Part shown: in pieces, positions 1-15,618 of the stretch
Numbering within the stretch: the first letter of the stretch is position 1
Layout of the letters: every line of letters starts with the position of its first letter
Assembly (NCBI RefSeq): GCF_009914755.1
Contig: NC_060926.1
Reading direction: 5' to 3' (one strand)
DNA length: 64,000 nucleotides
Origin: the human T2T-CHM13v2.0 reference genome, Homo sapiens
The notes under the pieces: generated by a model
Told to the model about the DNA's origin: nothing
Database searches by the model: none
Seen by the model: only the letters and a program-made list of their open reading frames with translations
Translations under genes and position numbers: made by a program

Positions 1-1530
1 AAAGTCTGACAACAAATTACCTTAAAATTAAGAACCTCTATTCATCAAAAGACTACCATAAAAAAGTAAAAAGAAAAAGTACAAACTGACAGTGGATATT
101 AGCCACATACATAACCAACTAATATTCAGATTCTATGAACTCTATTAATTAAAAAATTAATAGAGAAAAGGGCAAACAATATAATAGATATGGACTGGAG
201 GAAGAAGCATGAAGAATCAATAAATATATGTAAAGTCATTTGATCTCCACAATAATTAAGTAAATTAAATCATAATAATATCCCACTTGCAACCTCTAGA
301 TTTTCAAGAAAAGAAAGGTAAAAGTCTAACAATAACAAATATTGGCAAGGATATAGAAAAACCAGGGACTCCCAAAGCTGCTAGCATTGAGAATGGCACT
401 GAAAATTGGCATAACTTGTGTGTGAACAACTTGGCATTATCTAGTTTACTTGACCTTCATGTATCCTATGATCTAGCAATTTCACTCCTGGAGAAACTCT
501 GGCACACATGCATCACTCAACATGTAAGAAAATGTTTATAGCAGCACTGTTTGTCAGAACAGAAGTAACTAACTCACTCAAGTAAATTCAAATGTATTTC
601 TACAATTATATAATGGAATGAAATATGGTGGTGAAAATGAGTAAACTGGAGCTACATGCAACAAATATGAATCTTAGTTACATCATGTTGAAAAATCACC
701 AAGTTACATTTTAGACTTTATTACTAAAGGTAATAATTAGGTCTTAAAAATAAAGTTAAGAAATAATAAATAATACATTACATAGGAGTATGTCCAAGCG
801 TGATAAATCCATAAATAAAAGTAATAGTTTTTTTTTTTAAATACAGGATAATGTTTACATCTAAGGGAGAGACAAGAGTTTGGGATTTGACAGGAGAGAG
901 CTACAAGAGATATAAATGGTAATGCTAAGATCTATTAAAGAGATATAGTTGCTGACATTTGTTAAAGACAGTAAGACAGAATTTATTCAATAAGAGGCCA
1001 TTTCAGTAGGTATAGGGACCATTGCAATGGGAGAGAGATTGGATTAGGCTCTGAATACAGCACAGGCATGTAGGAATGTATAGCCAAGTAACAGGGTGGG
1101 GATCAGTGGATAGAATATTACCAAGGGGAAACATCAGGAGTAAGAGGGAATTCTGGCAAAACCAAACAAATAGAATTTTCTCTGAAGACAAGCCGGGGTG
1201 CAGACATCACATGGGAGGTGGTGGAGGATGAGGAACCTGATTAGATATCGAGGGTGATCAGATATGGAGGATAGGAGATTCTGACTTAAAAACTGACTTA
1301 GGATTCTTACTAAAATTGGACAGTGCAGAAATGAACACAAAAGTCCAAAAGTCAAAAGCTACTTGAAAGAAAGTTCAGAAGAGCCTGAGTAGAATTTGGT
1401 CTAGAAAAGAATCTTTGCTGGATTCAATTTCTGAAGTTGGGTATTTGTTTCAGAGGCGTTTGCTTTATTATTATGCTTTATAAGGTATATGTATGACATC
1501 TATATTCTTATGCATGTATCAAATACTTCC
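1..1530 (+). mobile_element. Old L1 (L1ME-type) ORF2 3' end and 3' UTR, split by a MER31 LTR
   Basis: Degenerate L1 motifs such as AATTAAGAACCTCTATTCATCAAAAGAC and CCTATGATCTAGCAATTTCACTCCTGG; an L1ME-like tail resumes after 1420 (TTTGCTTTATTATTATGCTTTA). Confidence 0.7.
933..1420 (-). mobile_element. MER31-family solo LTR (ERV1)
   Basis: Reverse complement matches the recalled MER31 consensus (GATCACCCTCGATATCTAATCAGGTTCCTCATCCTCCACCA, AATAAA-like region, TCTTTAACAAATGTCAG); flanks GATC/GATT resemble a 4-bp TSD. Confidence 0.85.
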
Positions 1531-1544
1531 CACTAAAACATATG

Positions 1545-2480
1545 AGAATAAATAATTAACAAATAATTCCATTAAAATAAAAGTCATGTATAGGCATTTC
1601 TCAAAAGAAGATATACAAACACCCAACAGGCATATGAAAAAGTGCTCGACATTACTTATCACCAGAAAAATGTAAATCAAAACCACAAGAGATATCATCT
1701 TACCCCAGTCAGAGTGGCTATTATTAAAAACACACACACACAAAAACATGTTGGTGAAGATATGGAGAAAACTCTCTCTAGTGGTGGGAATGTAAATTAG
1801 TACAACCACTATGGAAAACAATATGGAGATTTCTCAAAAAACTAAAAATAGAATTACCAGTTGATCCAGGTAACCTACTACTGGGAATTTACCCAGAGGA
1901 AAAGAAATCAATATATCCAAGTGATACCTGTACTCATGTGTTTATTGCAGCAAAATTCACAATAGCAAAGATATGAAATCAGCCTAAGTGTTCATCAGGT
2001 GATGAATGGATAAAGAAAATGTGGTGCATATATGCATATACACAATGGAATACTGTTTAGCCATGAAAAAGGACGAAATCATGTTATTTGCAGCAACATG
2101 GATGGAACCAGAGGTCATTATGTTAAGTGAAATAAGCCAGGCACAAAGAAATATACCTTAGATACCTCGTGTTCTCATTCATATGTGGGAGCTAAAACAT
2201 TTGATCACACACAGGTAGAGAGTGGAAAGATAGAAACAGAGAAGTGAGTGGAGGGAAGAGGAGGATGAAGATAAGTGGATTAAAGTGTAGAAACATACAC
2301 CAAACCAGGAGGAATAAATTCAATGTTTGCTAGCTGAGGAAGGTGACTATACTTAACAAAAATGTATTGTTCTTAGGTGATAGACACCCTAAATACCCTG
2401 ATTTGTTCACGATGCATTCTATACATGTAACAAAATTTTTCATGTACCCCATAAATTTGTAAAAATAAAGATAAAATCAT
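1545..2480 (+). mobile_element. 5'-truncated L1MA4-like element (ORF2 end and 3' UTR)
   Basis: CATTTCTCAAAAGAAGATATACA...AACCACAAGAGATATCATCTTACCCCAGT; 3' UTR GGTGATAGACACCCTAAATACCCTGA...CATGTACCCCATAAATTTGTA followed by an A-rich tail. Confidence 0.85.
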
Positions 2481-3099
2481 AAAAGGAAAAATCTAAGCAA
2501 GCTTCTTTTTAAAAAATAACAATTTACAATGTAGAAAAATAGTGAATGAGTGCATGATGCTCAATGTTAACATCAAATAAATTAAGCAATACACAAATAT
2601 TATCACAATGGGATCTGAGATGCGGAAATACATGCATAGGTTATGTTTCAAATTAAGAGCAAATTCTCTAGGATTTATCCCACCATCTTCTTCCCACCAC
2701 TGTGTTGGTTTTGAGTGTCATCCTTTGGCTGAGGGCCCCTCTACAGCTTTCCCCTCTTCTACTCCCTTCCTGTAGTTCAGACAACACCTTGATCACAAGC
2801 TCAACTATATATTGTGAAACTGATCATTATTCCCTCCTTGAAACCCTTCAATAATCCCATGGCTCTCAAAAAAAGTCCATGCTCTGTAAAATACCACATG
2901 CTTTATTTTCTTACATAATCCATTCCTTGTGGCCTTCTGACTCCTTCATCTTCCCTTTCCTTGCTACTGTCCACTGCTATCTAGGTGCTAGGTACAGTGA
3001 AAACATTAGGGAACACTTATACAACCCATCCTATGTCCCAGATGCCCCTCCAAGCACTTTATATATGTTAGAGTCACAGCAATCTTAAGAGGTACACAC

Positions 3100-3880
<781 letters not shown>

Positions 3881-4189
3881 ATTACTTATTATTATATTAA
3901 TTTTACATTGAGGAAACAGATCCAGAGAAGTAGATTGTCCAAGCTGTAACAGCTAGTTAAACAGCAGGGAATGGAATGGCTGGCCCTTCATACGTGACGC
4001 TTTTTTCCTGCCTGATTCCTGCTTCTTCATTCAGACCCACGTCAGTCACACTCTCCTTTGTGAATCCCACCCTCCAACCACACCCCGTCCCTACGACTAG
4101 AGTTGATGTCTTAGTGTTCCTGCGTCACCTGGTACATGCTCCACCACAACACAGTTCGCAATTGCCCCCTTGTTATTTCACCATTACCA

Positions 4190-4262
4190 TCATCAGAACA
4201 TTGTCAGTTGCTGGCACACAGTAGTACTCAATGCATATTGACTAAATTCATGAATGAGTAAA
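4190..4262 (+). mobile_element. L2 3' end fragment
   Basis: CTGGCACACAGTAGTACTCAATGCATATTGACTAAATTCATGAATGA resembles the L2 terminus. Confidence 0.55.
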
Positions 4263-5225
4263 GGCATTTAGCTAAATAGTGATCAAATCCAAAATTTACA
4301 GAGTATTTCTTTTATGTCTTTATAAATATTACTTTCTGTATTTCTCCTTGCTAATTGATTCTTAATATTATTACACTCTTATTAAAACAGGAGTTAAGCA
4401 TTTAGAAGCCATGCAAACAAGTAACATTCAAATGTGTGATTTACTACATTTATATTAAATTAAGAGTTATTACAATCACAATAAAAAAAATAAACTTGAA
4501 ATAAGAACAAAAATGAGCTCCTAAAAGTTCTCTAGAATAAATGTTGGAGAAGTCTGTATTCTGCAAGTAAGTATGGTTTTAAATAATTTAATTCATTAAC
4601 TATGGCAAATTGAACCCTTTTAGAGAATTAACTGATCACCTCCAGCTGTGGACTAAAGGGTTTAAGATTACACCACCAGGGGATAAATAATTTCATTAGT
4701 CAGTCAATTTCAGATCTCTTTGATTGGGCAGCTTGTCTGCTGTCCCTGATCAAGGAGCTTGGCTGACTCTGGTCCATACGAGGTACCATCAGGAACTGGG
4801 CTGAGAGAAGTTAGGAATCAGTCAACTCTAACAGAAGTTACGGGTAACAACCATCATGAATAAGGAGATAGAAACCTGCAGTGTAAGTCACATAGCTTTA
4901 GACATGATTCATTTACAAGTACTTTCTACAATTTTAAGAAGAAATATTATTTCAACTGTAGAATTCAGTGATTTCAATATTTTCTGAAGCAAAAAATTAC
5001 CAATTCTTTCAAGATCCAGGACAATTCCACCAAGGCTACCTGTTGGCTATGAAATGCAGCCCAGTCTTCTTGTGTAGGGGGTACAAAAATCATGAAAATC
5101 AGGTTCTCCACTAGAGTAGTCTTGTGGTTATTCTGGAATTAACAGGTACCCTAGAGATACTTCCTTCAGGGAAGCATGTGGGTTGTGAGGTGCTCTTTGC
5201 AAAATCATTAAAACATGGAGAAACC

Positions 5226-5246
5226 AAAAAAAAAAAAAAAAAAAAA
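5226..5246 (+). repeat. Poly(A)21 not attached to an Alu or L1
   Basis: Direct read of the sequence. Confidence 0.95.
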
Positions 5247-7849
5247 GAAGAAGAAAAATCAGTCTCTTGAGTCTTTCATTTATTATTTGATGCCAATAAA
5301 GTAATGGAATGGCTTTTTCTTCCCCCCTCCCCTACCTTACTTCTCATCTCCTCCTCCTCTTCCTCCTTCTTTATCAGGAAATGTAATTTCTTAGTTGTTG
5401 TGTCATGTCCAAATTGCCCGGTATGATGGTATAGCAAGCAATGGAAGAAAATGAGGTGAAGAGGAGAATGAAAGGATATTGGTAAACATGAGATTTTGTA
5501 GAAAATATCTAATTCGCCCAAAAGTGCCCACTGGAAGAAGTCAAGCAGGTGGGGGAGGGAGGCAAGGAGGGATTGACCATCATCTGTGCTCACACGTGCA
5601 CCAACAGCTGGGCTAATGGGAGATCAAGAGACCACATGATTGCAGAAGGAGATCAAGCCAGTACATCAACATGACCTGCAGACTCCTGAGCCCTATTTGA
5701 AGAAACTCATTTGCAAATCCCTCAATAGTTTCATGCCTTCATAAGGCGTTAAAGTGCTCCATCCAGGATGGAGAGGTCAAGAAGGGAATCCAGGTGGGAA
5801 GCATGTGTCAGGAGCGCCTGATTATGTCTGATAAAGAAGTAAGAATCACTGGTAATTCTATTTAAAAACATTATATCAAAGCATCAAATACTGTTTTCTA
5901 CAAGTAGATCATTTAGAGATTAAAATAAATCATTTTTCTATTTAAGATATTTTTAGGATTTCTTCATTTTTACAATGTGGACTGTAAACTAAGTCCTTCA
6001 GCAATCTTTATTTTTTCTTTAATATTTCTAGACATGTGACCCTATTAAAATTAGAATAACATCATCAAAAAATCTTTATTGTGTACCTACCAGGTGCATG
6101 ACTCTTTGCTGAGGCAGAATTTATAACTATTTATAGTGTAATACTGCATATAATGTATTTTTTAAAGCCCAAAGATAACTGTGCTGCCTGCCTGTGTTGT
6201 CAATAATAGAAGTTCATGACATTTGATTTGAGTCTTTGTGAGAGGCAATGTTATTCTCATTTAATAGCTTCCATCTGCTCTTCCCATTTTCATTGCTCCT
6301 TTTACAGTTTCCAAATTCCACCCTGTACCCTCCAGGGAAATTTTCTCAAGCATTGATTCTATTCATCTATGAATTGGAGGAGGGGGAGGGTTCTTCTACA
6401 GCCTTATGGTTTTGTTTATTGATCTTGATTGTGAGGCAACTTGTTGACATGCATACACTTGCTTTTTTATTTTATATACATACATATATATCTATGTATG
6501 TGTGTATGTATACACACATGCACACACATATCTGGTGTTGATAAGTGCTTAGTAATCTTAATGATTTAGCTCCTAAACAAAACTTGGTGTTGAAACCTTC
6601 CTTTACAAAGTAAAATAGGGGAACATTCCATGAATAAAAATGCATAGAAGAGAAACTCCTCCTATATTATTAATCCATCACCAAGCAATTTTTCCCTGTT
6701 ACTATAAAAAGAAAAAAGTATGTTAAAAGTTTACTTTTTTGACTTAAAAGAATGTGAATCTAAAGCCTTATTTACAATTATTACAATATATTGCAATGTT
6801 AGTCAAATATAAAATATTAACACAAATTTAACACATTTGGGAAGGTTTATAGACATACTGGCCACATGTGGCATTATTTTAAACTTTTTCATTTTAAAAG
6901 TAGGTATTATTTTCAAGTGAATAAAATAATGTAATTCTGTCTTGACATTATATACCATCAAATATTATACTAGATTTCTGAAGTCAAAAATTGAATACAG
7001 AATATTTTTACTCTACTATCATCAAGGTTTTACAAATGTGTTTATCCTCAGACAAATAAAGAATAAAAATATTTTACAAATACTCATCATAAGCATGATT
7101 CATAATTATTATAATATGTTTTATCATTATTTTTTGAGAAACTGTGTTTTATAGCTTAACACTGAAATGCTTTCAACATAAAAATCTCAGATGGGGAGAC
7201 TAAGGAAAAGTTTCAGTAATCTATACCTTTAGTATAGAACTTCCCATACTTATTGGCCTCAGAATAGGATAAATATTTTTTAGATAAACACTTTGGGGAA
7301 ATTCGCCTTAATTCCTAAAGGAAAGGTGAAATATATTAAAATGAATAAAGTTGACTGTGGTTGTGGTGATAGGAGCTGCCTTTGCAGAAACTTGGAAGAA
7401 CCATACATATGACTAAGAGGAACTGGACTTTAAATTTTCCTTCTGGGCTTTTCCAAATGCCATTTCCATTGCCTCAGTGTCATTTAACTATAGACCTACC
7501 TGAAGGGTTTTCGGCCCAGCTCTCTACACTCTGATAATAAATAATCAAGTAACAGTGCACAAGTCAATATATCAATATTTTATCTGCTTCACCTAGACTC
7601 TCCCCTCTAATTCAGAATTTTTAAATGGAAAATTAAATTCATGCTTTTGCCTTTACTTTGCTGTGGTTTCCACTTTTTATTTTACGTGATTCTTACCTAC
7701 CAGCTAGATAACAAAAATAATTCCATCTGCCCCACAGTAGCCCAAACTGTCACTGCAATCACAATACATTCAACTACTATGTTAACTATACTTTGCCTTA
7801 TTTTATACATACTTCTATCCATGTCATCTACTTAACTAAATTTTATATC

Positions 7850-8100
7850 TTTTGGTGGCAGAAAGCTTGTCTTTTTATCCTCTGTAGCACAAGACACAGT
7901 GCCTTATACATAGTAAGTTTTAAATGCTTTTTTTTTACCAAAATGGAACCCCAAAATAGTCATCCATGTCTATGCTGATAAATTAATTAATTGATTCATT
8001 CATTCATTTATTCTTTTATTCCACAAACATGTAGCAAAGGCCTGATGTGCTAACCATTGTTGAAGATGCTTGAGATATAAACATGCATAACACAAAATCC
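7850..8100. mobile_element. Two L2 3' ends facing tail-to-tail
   Basis: Plus strand: CACAGTGCCTTATACATAGTAAG. Minus strand: TTCATTCATTCATTTATT..CAAACATGT..ATGTGCTAACCATTGTT. Confidence 0.55.
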
Positions 8101-8699
8101 AGAGAATCTGATAATGACCCTGGGTTTGAGATTATACCTCCTGAAACAATGAATATATTATTTAAAATAAAATCTGTAGTAGATTCTACATGAACGGATA
8201 TTCTTATATGTAATGAAATTCAGATATCTACATCATCCCAAATCAATTTCACACTTCAACAGTTCCTAGAGCTTGGCCCTTTTTAATTACTCAGCTGGAT
8301 CCTCTATTAACCAGCTATTTCTCACATTTTCAACTTTTTCAAATAATTCATTTAAGAGTTTCTCTAGATGATTTAAATAATTTCCTTAAATAGTTTCTGG
8401 AAGACTTTTTTTTCAATACCACTAGCATCATGTTAAACAATACTTTTTTCTTCTTTTCGTTTCCTTTCTTAGTCATTATTTTGGTCAATTTTAACTTGCT
8501 AATTCTCTACCTTAAAGCAACTTTTTCATTACTTGAATCCAGATATTTTAGATGCTCTTTTATATCTAATTGATTTTTTCTCTTGATGTTCTTGAACTCA
8601 TTGTTGAGTCATTAATTAAAATGTTGAAGTCAATTCTACCCCCAAACAATAAAACAAATTAAATGAATTATAAATGCCTTTACCTTAAAAACCAAGTAT

Positions 8700-8849
8700 G
8701 GGAGGGATAGCATTAGGAGATATACCTAATACTAAATGACGAGCTAATGGGTGCAGCACACCAACATGGCACATGTATACATATGTAACAAACCTGCACG
8801 TTGTGCACATGTACCCTAAAACTTAAAGTATAATAATAATAAAATTAAA
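8700..8849 (+). mobile_element. Heavily 5'-truncated young L1PA (L1PA3/4-like) 3' UTR with TSD
   Basis: GGAGGGATAGCATTAGGAGATATACCTAAT...GTACCCTAAAACTTAAAGTATAAT plus A tail; TSD AAAAACCAAGTAT (8687-8699) and AAAAACCGAGTAT (8850-8862); TT|AAAA site. Confidence 0.95.
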
Positions 8850-11279
8850 AAAAACCGAGTATATATACCAAGAGTATAAATCCAGCATATTGAGGCAATT
8901 CACTGTATAACAAACATAATTTCTGTCTAATATTTACCAAAATTCTCAAAGCTGCATCAATTCTCCTGATTAGTCATACTTTACTTCCTTTTCCTTTATG
9001 CATTTTCTAAATTTAAATATAATTTTATTCTTTTAGTTATATTTTTAAATGTATTTTGTTCCATTGCGTTTTTAGTTTTTATTCATGCCAGCATTAGTAA
9101 CACCACTCAAATTTTAATTCTAGTACAGAGCGATTTATATATAATCATTCTCACATTTTTTCAAACATGTAATATATAATCATTTTTATGAAATGTCAAT
9201 TGCCTTGACTTTCTACTAGAAGCTCCACTCTCTACACTTATGATCAAAACAAAATAATATAAACAAGTATGAGCACCAATAAATACATGTGCAATGGCCC
9301 GATATAAGTTATATAAATATTTATGAATGTTTAATCTAAAAAACTAGACATTGACAGAATATAATTAAGAGAATGTGCTATGCAAAGAGCTAACTTTTGT
9401 AAGACCAGCCTACTTTAAAATATTGGTAAAGTAATTAATCAACTAATATTACCCAAATGCTGATGACCATCATAAAACATTCCAGGGGAGTACCAGTGCC
9501 GTGTTATGAAGTTTTATGAAAAGCAAATTATCTTTGTTTCCTTTCCTACTTCCAGTGCCAGTAACTATAATCCACAAGCAAACATCTCATCACCTGAACA
9601 ATAACTGTCTGTGGTTGTCCAATCTTGAATTAAAAGAGCAAATTTCCCTATGTGTTTAGTGATGACAAGATGGCAACTGATTTGGCTTAGTGACTCGACA
9701 GACTTAATAATGACGAAATGTTTTCAAAAGCTGAACTATTCATACAAACTAAGAACATGGCATGTGTTCTTCTGAATATGGCTGAATGGGATAAAATAGG
9801 GAGGTTCTTGCAAATAGACATGTTTTTGAGATGGACAGAACATGAAATGGTGACTGAGAAGATTAACATTGTGAAGTCACTCGCCTATGGTAATCAATAT
9901 CGACCTATACATTTTCTGTATTATTCTTATTCACTGTTTCCCAACTTAATTTTTAAACCATTTCCACGAGATAGAACCTCATATTTTAATATGTGAACCT
10001 GAAATGTGACATTTTGCTTTTCAGTTGGACTGAAAGAGCATATAATCAACAATTCTTTCTAGGATCAGTGTATTCTATGGGCTCTCTTGTTCTCTCTCTC
10101 TCTCTCCCTTTCTCACCATTCCCTTCCCTACCCTCAATAAAGCATCTGCATCTGTTACTTTCTAGAAACCTTTTAGATATCTCAGTCACTTTTGTTAGGC
10201 TTTTGTGTTTCTTAGTTGCCACAATTTCTCCCTTCTTTCAGCCACAACCCCAGGCAATTCCTACTAAAGAATGACACCAAACAACATGTCAAGAGCGTTT
10301 CAAAATTGCTGCCAGACTTCAGTGACATTCTTACAGCATATGGAGTACTGATGTGCTGAAAATATGGCAGAAAACTACCTGATGCTTACTGTGTCAGGAA
10401 GTTCCAGCCTGATGGAGTGCTCTGGTTCAGATTTGCAACATAAACAGGACTTTTACTGTTCTTTAACAAAGCAGCTAAGCAAAACTTACCAAAAATGTCT
10501 TTTTCAGTCAATTATATCTCCCAGCCCCCATTTTTCAAGCTCTGCTATTAAAAAAAGAAATAGTAAGATTAAACAAAGACTAAAATCCCTAAGCATGACA
10601 TATAATCCTAGTAAAATAATTTAGCTATAATTTAAATGTGTTATATGTTGTCTTAAATCATCAAGACGATGTCACATGAGAGCTATGTGCTTGCTATTGT
10701 CTTTTATATAAGGCAAATTTCTTATAGATTATAAAACTAAGGCATTCAGTAAATACCCATTATTTATAATAAGCACACGTTTAATTGAAATATGAACTTT
10801 TAATTTGCTAATGAATTAGTATTTGTTTAACAATATGGACTGCATGCATATAAGTATGTAGGTAAAGTCACATGTATACTTATGTGCGTGTGTGTGTCAC
10901 TAACAGTTTTTTCTTATTCTATGAGAACATTGTCTTAATTGAATTCTAGTTTAGAATTACATATTGTACAACAATTTCAGGCAGATGTGTTATTGCATGG
11001 TTTCCAGATGAAGGTAAATTTGTCCCACAGATTCTATATTTCCAAAAGTAAACTATATTCCTTTTTATGACAAACAAAAATATTGAAATTAATAATATTA
11101 GAGGATAATACAAGTGCCTTGGATGGGTCCTTGTAATTCAGTTTTATTATAGATAAAATCAAGAACCCTCAAGAAGATTGTGTAGTATTCATATACTTAT
11201 TGTTGCCTTTTAATAAATATTTTTGAAATTTTTTTGTGTGTAAACGTTTTTTGGACATAAAATGCAGGTCACTTTAATA

Positions 11280-11452
11280 GGCCTTGAGCCCTTGGGCAAA
11301 TTGCTAAAATTCACAAAGCTCAGTTTGCACAATATATATAATCATTGAAGTGTTCTTATAATAATAGACTGTTCTTGTAAGATCAATAAGATAATGCACA
11401 TGCATTTAATAGCATGATATCTGGCAGGTGGTGAGTACTCAACAAATATGTC
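11280..11452 (+). mobile_element. MIR
   Basis: CTTGGGCAAATTGCT..CTCAGTTT core; ends TCTGGCAGGTGGTGAGTACTCAACAAAT. Confidence 0.65.
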
Positions 11453-11919
11453 ATCAATTTTATTTAAATTTTCTACTTTTTGATACATTTTTTTCTCAAA
11501 CACATTTTGGAAATAGATATTAACTCTTGTGTATTTCTAGGAGGAACAATTTTTAGGTGAATTATTGGAGCGTTGGCTTCTCTATCCTCCATGTGTGACT
11601 ATCCTCGAATCTTACTGAAAATTCTCTTAGGTATCTCTTGAATCTCTCCATGCCAGTCTGTCCTCATTCCCAATACCTAATTAGGCAAAATTCACCTCAA
11701 CTTGAGCCTTCTATTTAAATCTGTAGTTGGCCTCACCTACCTTTTGAATCTATTCCCCCCACTAATTTGTAATAGAATCTCTTTTCTCCAAAATGCTGTT
11801 GTACTTCTCATCCTGTCATTGTTCCCAAGTAATAATTTCATACCCTAAATAAAGTCCCCATCCTATCTAAATTGCTCCAACACAAAATATAAATATTTTA
11901 ACAATGTCGTTTTTGATGC

Positions 11920-12985
11920 TGCTATGTAACCACAATGCCAAAGCTTGACCGGAAAAAAAAGCATATGAAAAGAGAAGAAAACAGAAAACCAAATATATTA
12001 ATAAAACACATTCTAAATAAATATTAGTGATAAAGTATGGTATGTGAAAGCATTAATACTTCAATCGGAAGTATAATTTATTTAGGAAATAGGAAGATTA
12101 ATCTTATAATACTATTAAAATAATTCATTACATAAGTCAAAAAAAGCTATATCCATAGATATTTCAAAGTCATGGCAATCTAATCCAAATTTTTAAAATT
12201 AAAAATGAAATATGGAAATATTACCTACACCAGCATTAGAAGGATGCTTTTTTGACGTGAAGAAAGAAAGCTATTTTAAACTAACACATTGTAAATAGGT
12301 AAAGTAGAAAGAGAAAGAAGGAGGAGTCTGGGGAGAGAGGGAGAATCATTAAGTTCAGGAACAAAAGATGCATGTATATTATCAAGTGTTACAATTGCAA
12401 TATTTCATATAAACTAATGAGGAAAATAACCATTGTAAAGGAGAGAAAATTTTTTTATTATTTATAAACATTTTCTCTCTTCATTTGAAATACTTAGAAT
12501 AATAATCAGCAAAATATAAAATTAAATTATAATGTTTAATTATAAAATTAAATTGAATTAGAGTCTAATAAGAATAACTACAACAAAATAAATGAAGTCA
12601 ATAGATTCCCTAAAATGAATAGAGTATGATGTAATGGAGGAAAATTCCATGCACTCCTGTGACTAAGCATAAAAATCTTTGGAAGTGGGCGTTCTCGTAT
12701 GCGCCTTTAGTCCCAGCTACTCAGGAGGCTAAGGTGGGAGGATCACTTGGACCCAGGAGTTCCAGGCTACAATGAGTTATGATTGCACTACTGGGCCTCT
12801 CAAAGGAAATTTTTCAAAAAAGCCTTTGGAATAAAAAGGAAACATAGGAATTATTTACATGAAAAACTTCCAGGTATTTTTTTCTGAGAGCTATAAAATG
12901 TCTAAATGGTGACATAAGACCATTCATAAGAATAGTTAAGGCAAAATTGCACAGTTATCAGTTTGTCCAAATTAATGTGTCTGTA
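11920..12985 (+). mobile_element. Very degraded L1M ORF2 fragment
   Basis: A-rich sequence with residual ORF2 motifs (TTAAGTTCAGGAACAAAAGATGCATG, GTCTAAATGGTGACATAAGACCATTCAT). Confidence 0.5.
12685..12826 (+). mobile_element. Free right Alu monomer (FRAM-like) with an internal deletion
   Basis: GCGCCTTTAGTCCCAGCTACTCAGGAGGCTAAGGTGGGAGGATCACTT..; flanking AAAAATCTTTGGAA and AAAAAGCCTTTGGAA resemble a TSD. Confidence 0.8.
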
Positions 12986-13039
12986 TGCTACTTCACATAC
13001 AGTGAGATAGGAACACCCTAGCTCCCCAGTTCCAACCAA

Positions 13040-13176
13040 TCTCTTAATCTGTACCTTCCACTGGCCAAACTACCCAGTGTAACCGGAGTTGGCAGGCAAC
13101 ATACATGAAGGATTGGTCCCTTCAATTGGAAAGGAGGAGAACAGATCTAAGAGCAAACAAGTATGTACACGCACAT
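13040..13176 (-). mobile_element. ERVL-class LTR 5' part (LTR33-like)
   Basis: CTTCCACTGGCCAAAC...GAACAGATCTAAGAGCAAACAAG..GCACA resembles the antisense LTR33 start. Confidence 0.4.
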
Positions 13177-13639
13177 TCATTGTGTATCTCACTCTTGGCT
13201 AGCATGATGCTACAGTTCTGTTACTCACTCTTTGCTATTTTTATACTTATAGCTATATTTAACTTGTACAACATGAGTTTATGTTTCCTTTTAATATGAT
13301 GTAACTGTAAATAATACAAAGATGCTCTCAAAATCGTGCAAAAAAAGAACAGGGGCTGGAGGAACTCACTATATCCACTACTGAGGATGTTAATTCTTCA
13401 GCCAACATCTTACTGGGCCATGCTAAAATCAACAAACTGATTACAAAATTAAATACTTTCAACATTCTTCATACAAAATAGTAGAATAAGTAGAAAAAAA
13501 AGGAAGGATTTATTAATTTTAACGAATATATGCATAAGAATATGCTTTCTTGGTTTTATTCCTAGTACTGTGAATTAGCCTATAGCTGATATTTACGAAT
13601 TTCTTTTTTTATGACTGTGTTTCCATTCCTTCATCCAAG

Positions 13640-14480
<841 letters not shown>

Positions 14481-15304
14481 TCTTGAGATTCTGCTACAAA
14501 AACAATTAAGATCTGGGGCTTTTTTTTTTTTTTTTTTTTTGCAATTTCTGTCCTAGAGTTAAAAGAAGTAAGAGTTAATTTTAAGTTTTACAAAAACCCT
14601 AGCTTTGGTAAAATGTGCTTTTCTAAGGTAAGAACTAATTCTTAAATTTTCTGATTTAATGTCATAACGTTGAATTTTCTGAATATCTTTTGGAATGTTT
14701 ATAGAACCTCTGATGTTGACTGCTTTTTCATTACTGATGCTTGGTCTTGGTGCCTTTGCTATATCTAGATTTGCCTTGGCACCTGCTTATTAAATTTATT
14801 AGCCTGTTCAAAGAGTTTTTCAAATCCAATCTATTGAAAAATGAGTTCTATTTTACTAAAGTCCACCCTAAATTTATTACTTATTTTTCATCTGTCTGCT
14901 TTATTTGACTTAAATTATAGTTTACATTCTAAACTCTAGAAATAAATAAGATTATTGATTTTCAGCTTTGTCCTTTTCTAATACATTCATTTAAAATGTC
15001 TGTATTTGTATAATTATAGCTGCAATTACACAAGAATGATATGAAGTGTTTTCATTATAATTCAGATCATAACTTCTCTTTTTCTCTTTGTTACTTTGTT
15101 GACCAATGAATATTACATAATTTCTAAAAATAGGAGATTTTTTAAACAGCTTTTTGTTATTGATAACTAGCTTAGTTATACTATGGCTAGATAACACAGC
15201 TAATATCCTTTCTGTTGTCGGGCATTACTGGCCCCTCATATGGTCAATTTTGGCAAATGTTACATGTACACTTACTCATACTATGAATTTCTTGTGACAC
15301 ATGT

Positions 15305-15618
15305 TTTTGTTGTTGTTGTTGTTTTATTTGTTTGTTTTCTTGAGACAGAGTCTTGCTGTGTCTCCCAGGCAGTGGAGTGATCTCAGCTCACTGCAACCTC
15401 CACATCCTGGGTTCAAGCGATTCTCTTGCCTCAGCCTCCTGAGTAGCTTGGATTACAGGCGCGTGCCACCACACCCAGGTAATTTTTGTATTTTTAGTAG
15501 AGAGAGGGTTTCACCATGTTGGCCAGGCTGGTCTCGAACTCCTGAACTCAAGGAATTCACCTGCAGCAGCCTCCCAAAGTGCCGGGACTATAGGTGTGAG
15601 CCGCCTGTAAGCCCAGCC
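15305..15618 (-). mobile_element. AluS
   Basis: Dimer with a (TTG)n tail; TSD-like ACACATGTTTT and ACCCATGTTTT. Confidence 0.95.

Noticed and set aside
9718-9996. 92-aa ATG ORF in unique sequence
   Set aside because: No recognisable homology, and the length is plausible by chance in 64 kb across six frames.
14520-14540. T21 run as a retrocopy tail
   Set aside because: No polyadenylation signal or TSD on the minus strand; treated as a simple homopolymer.
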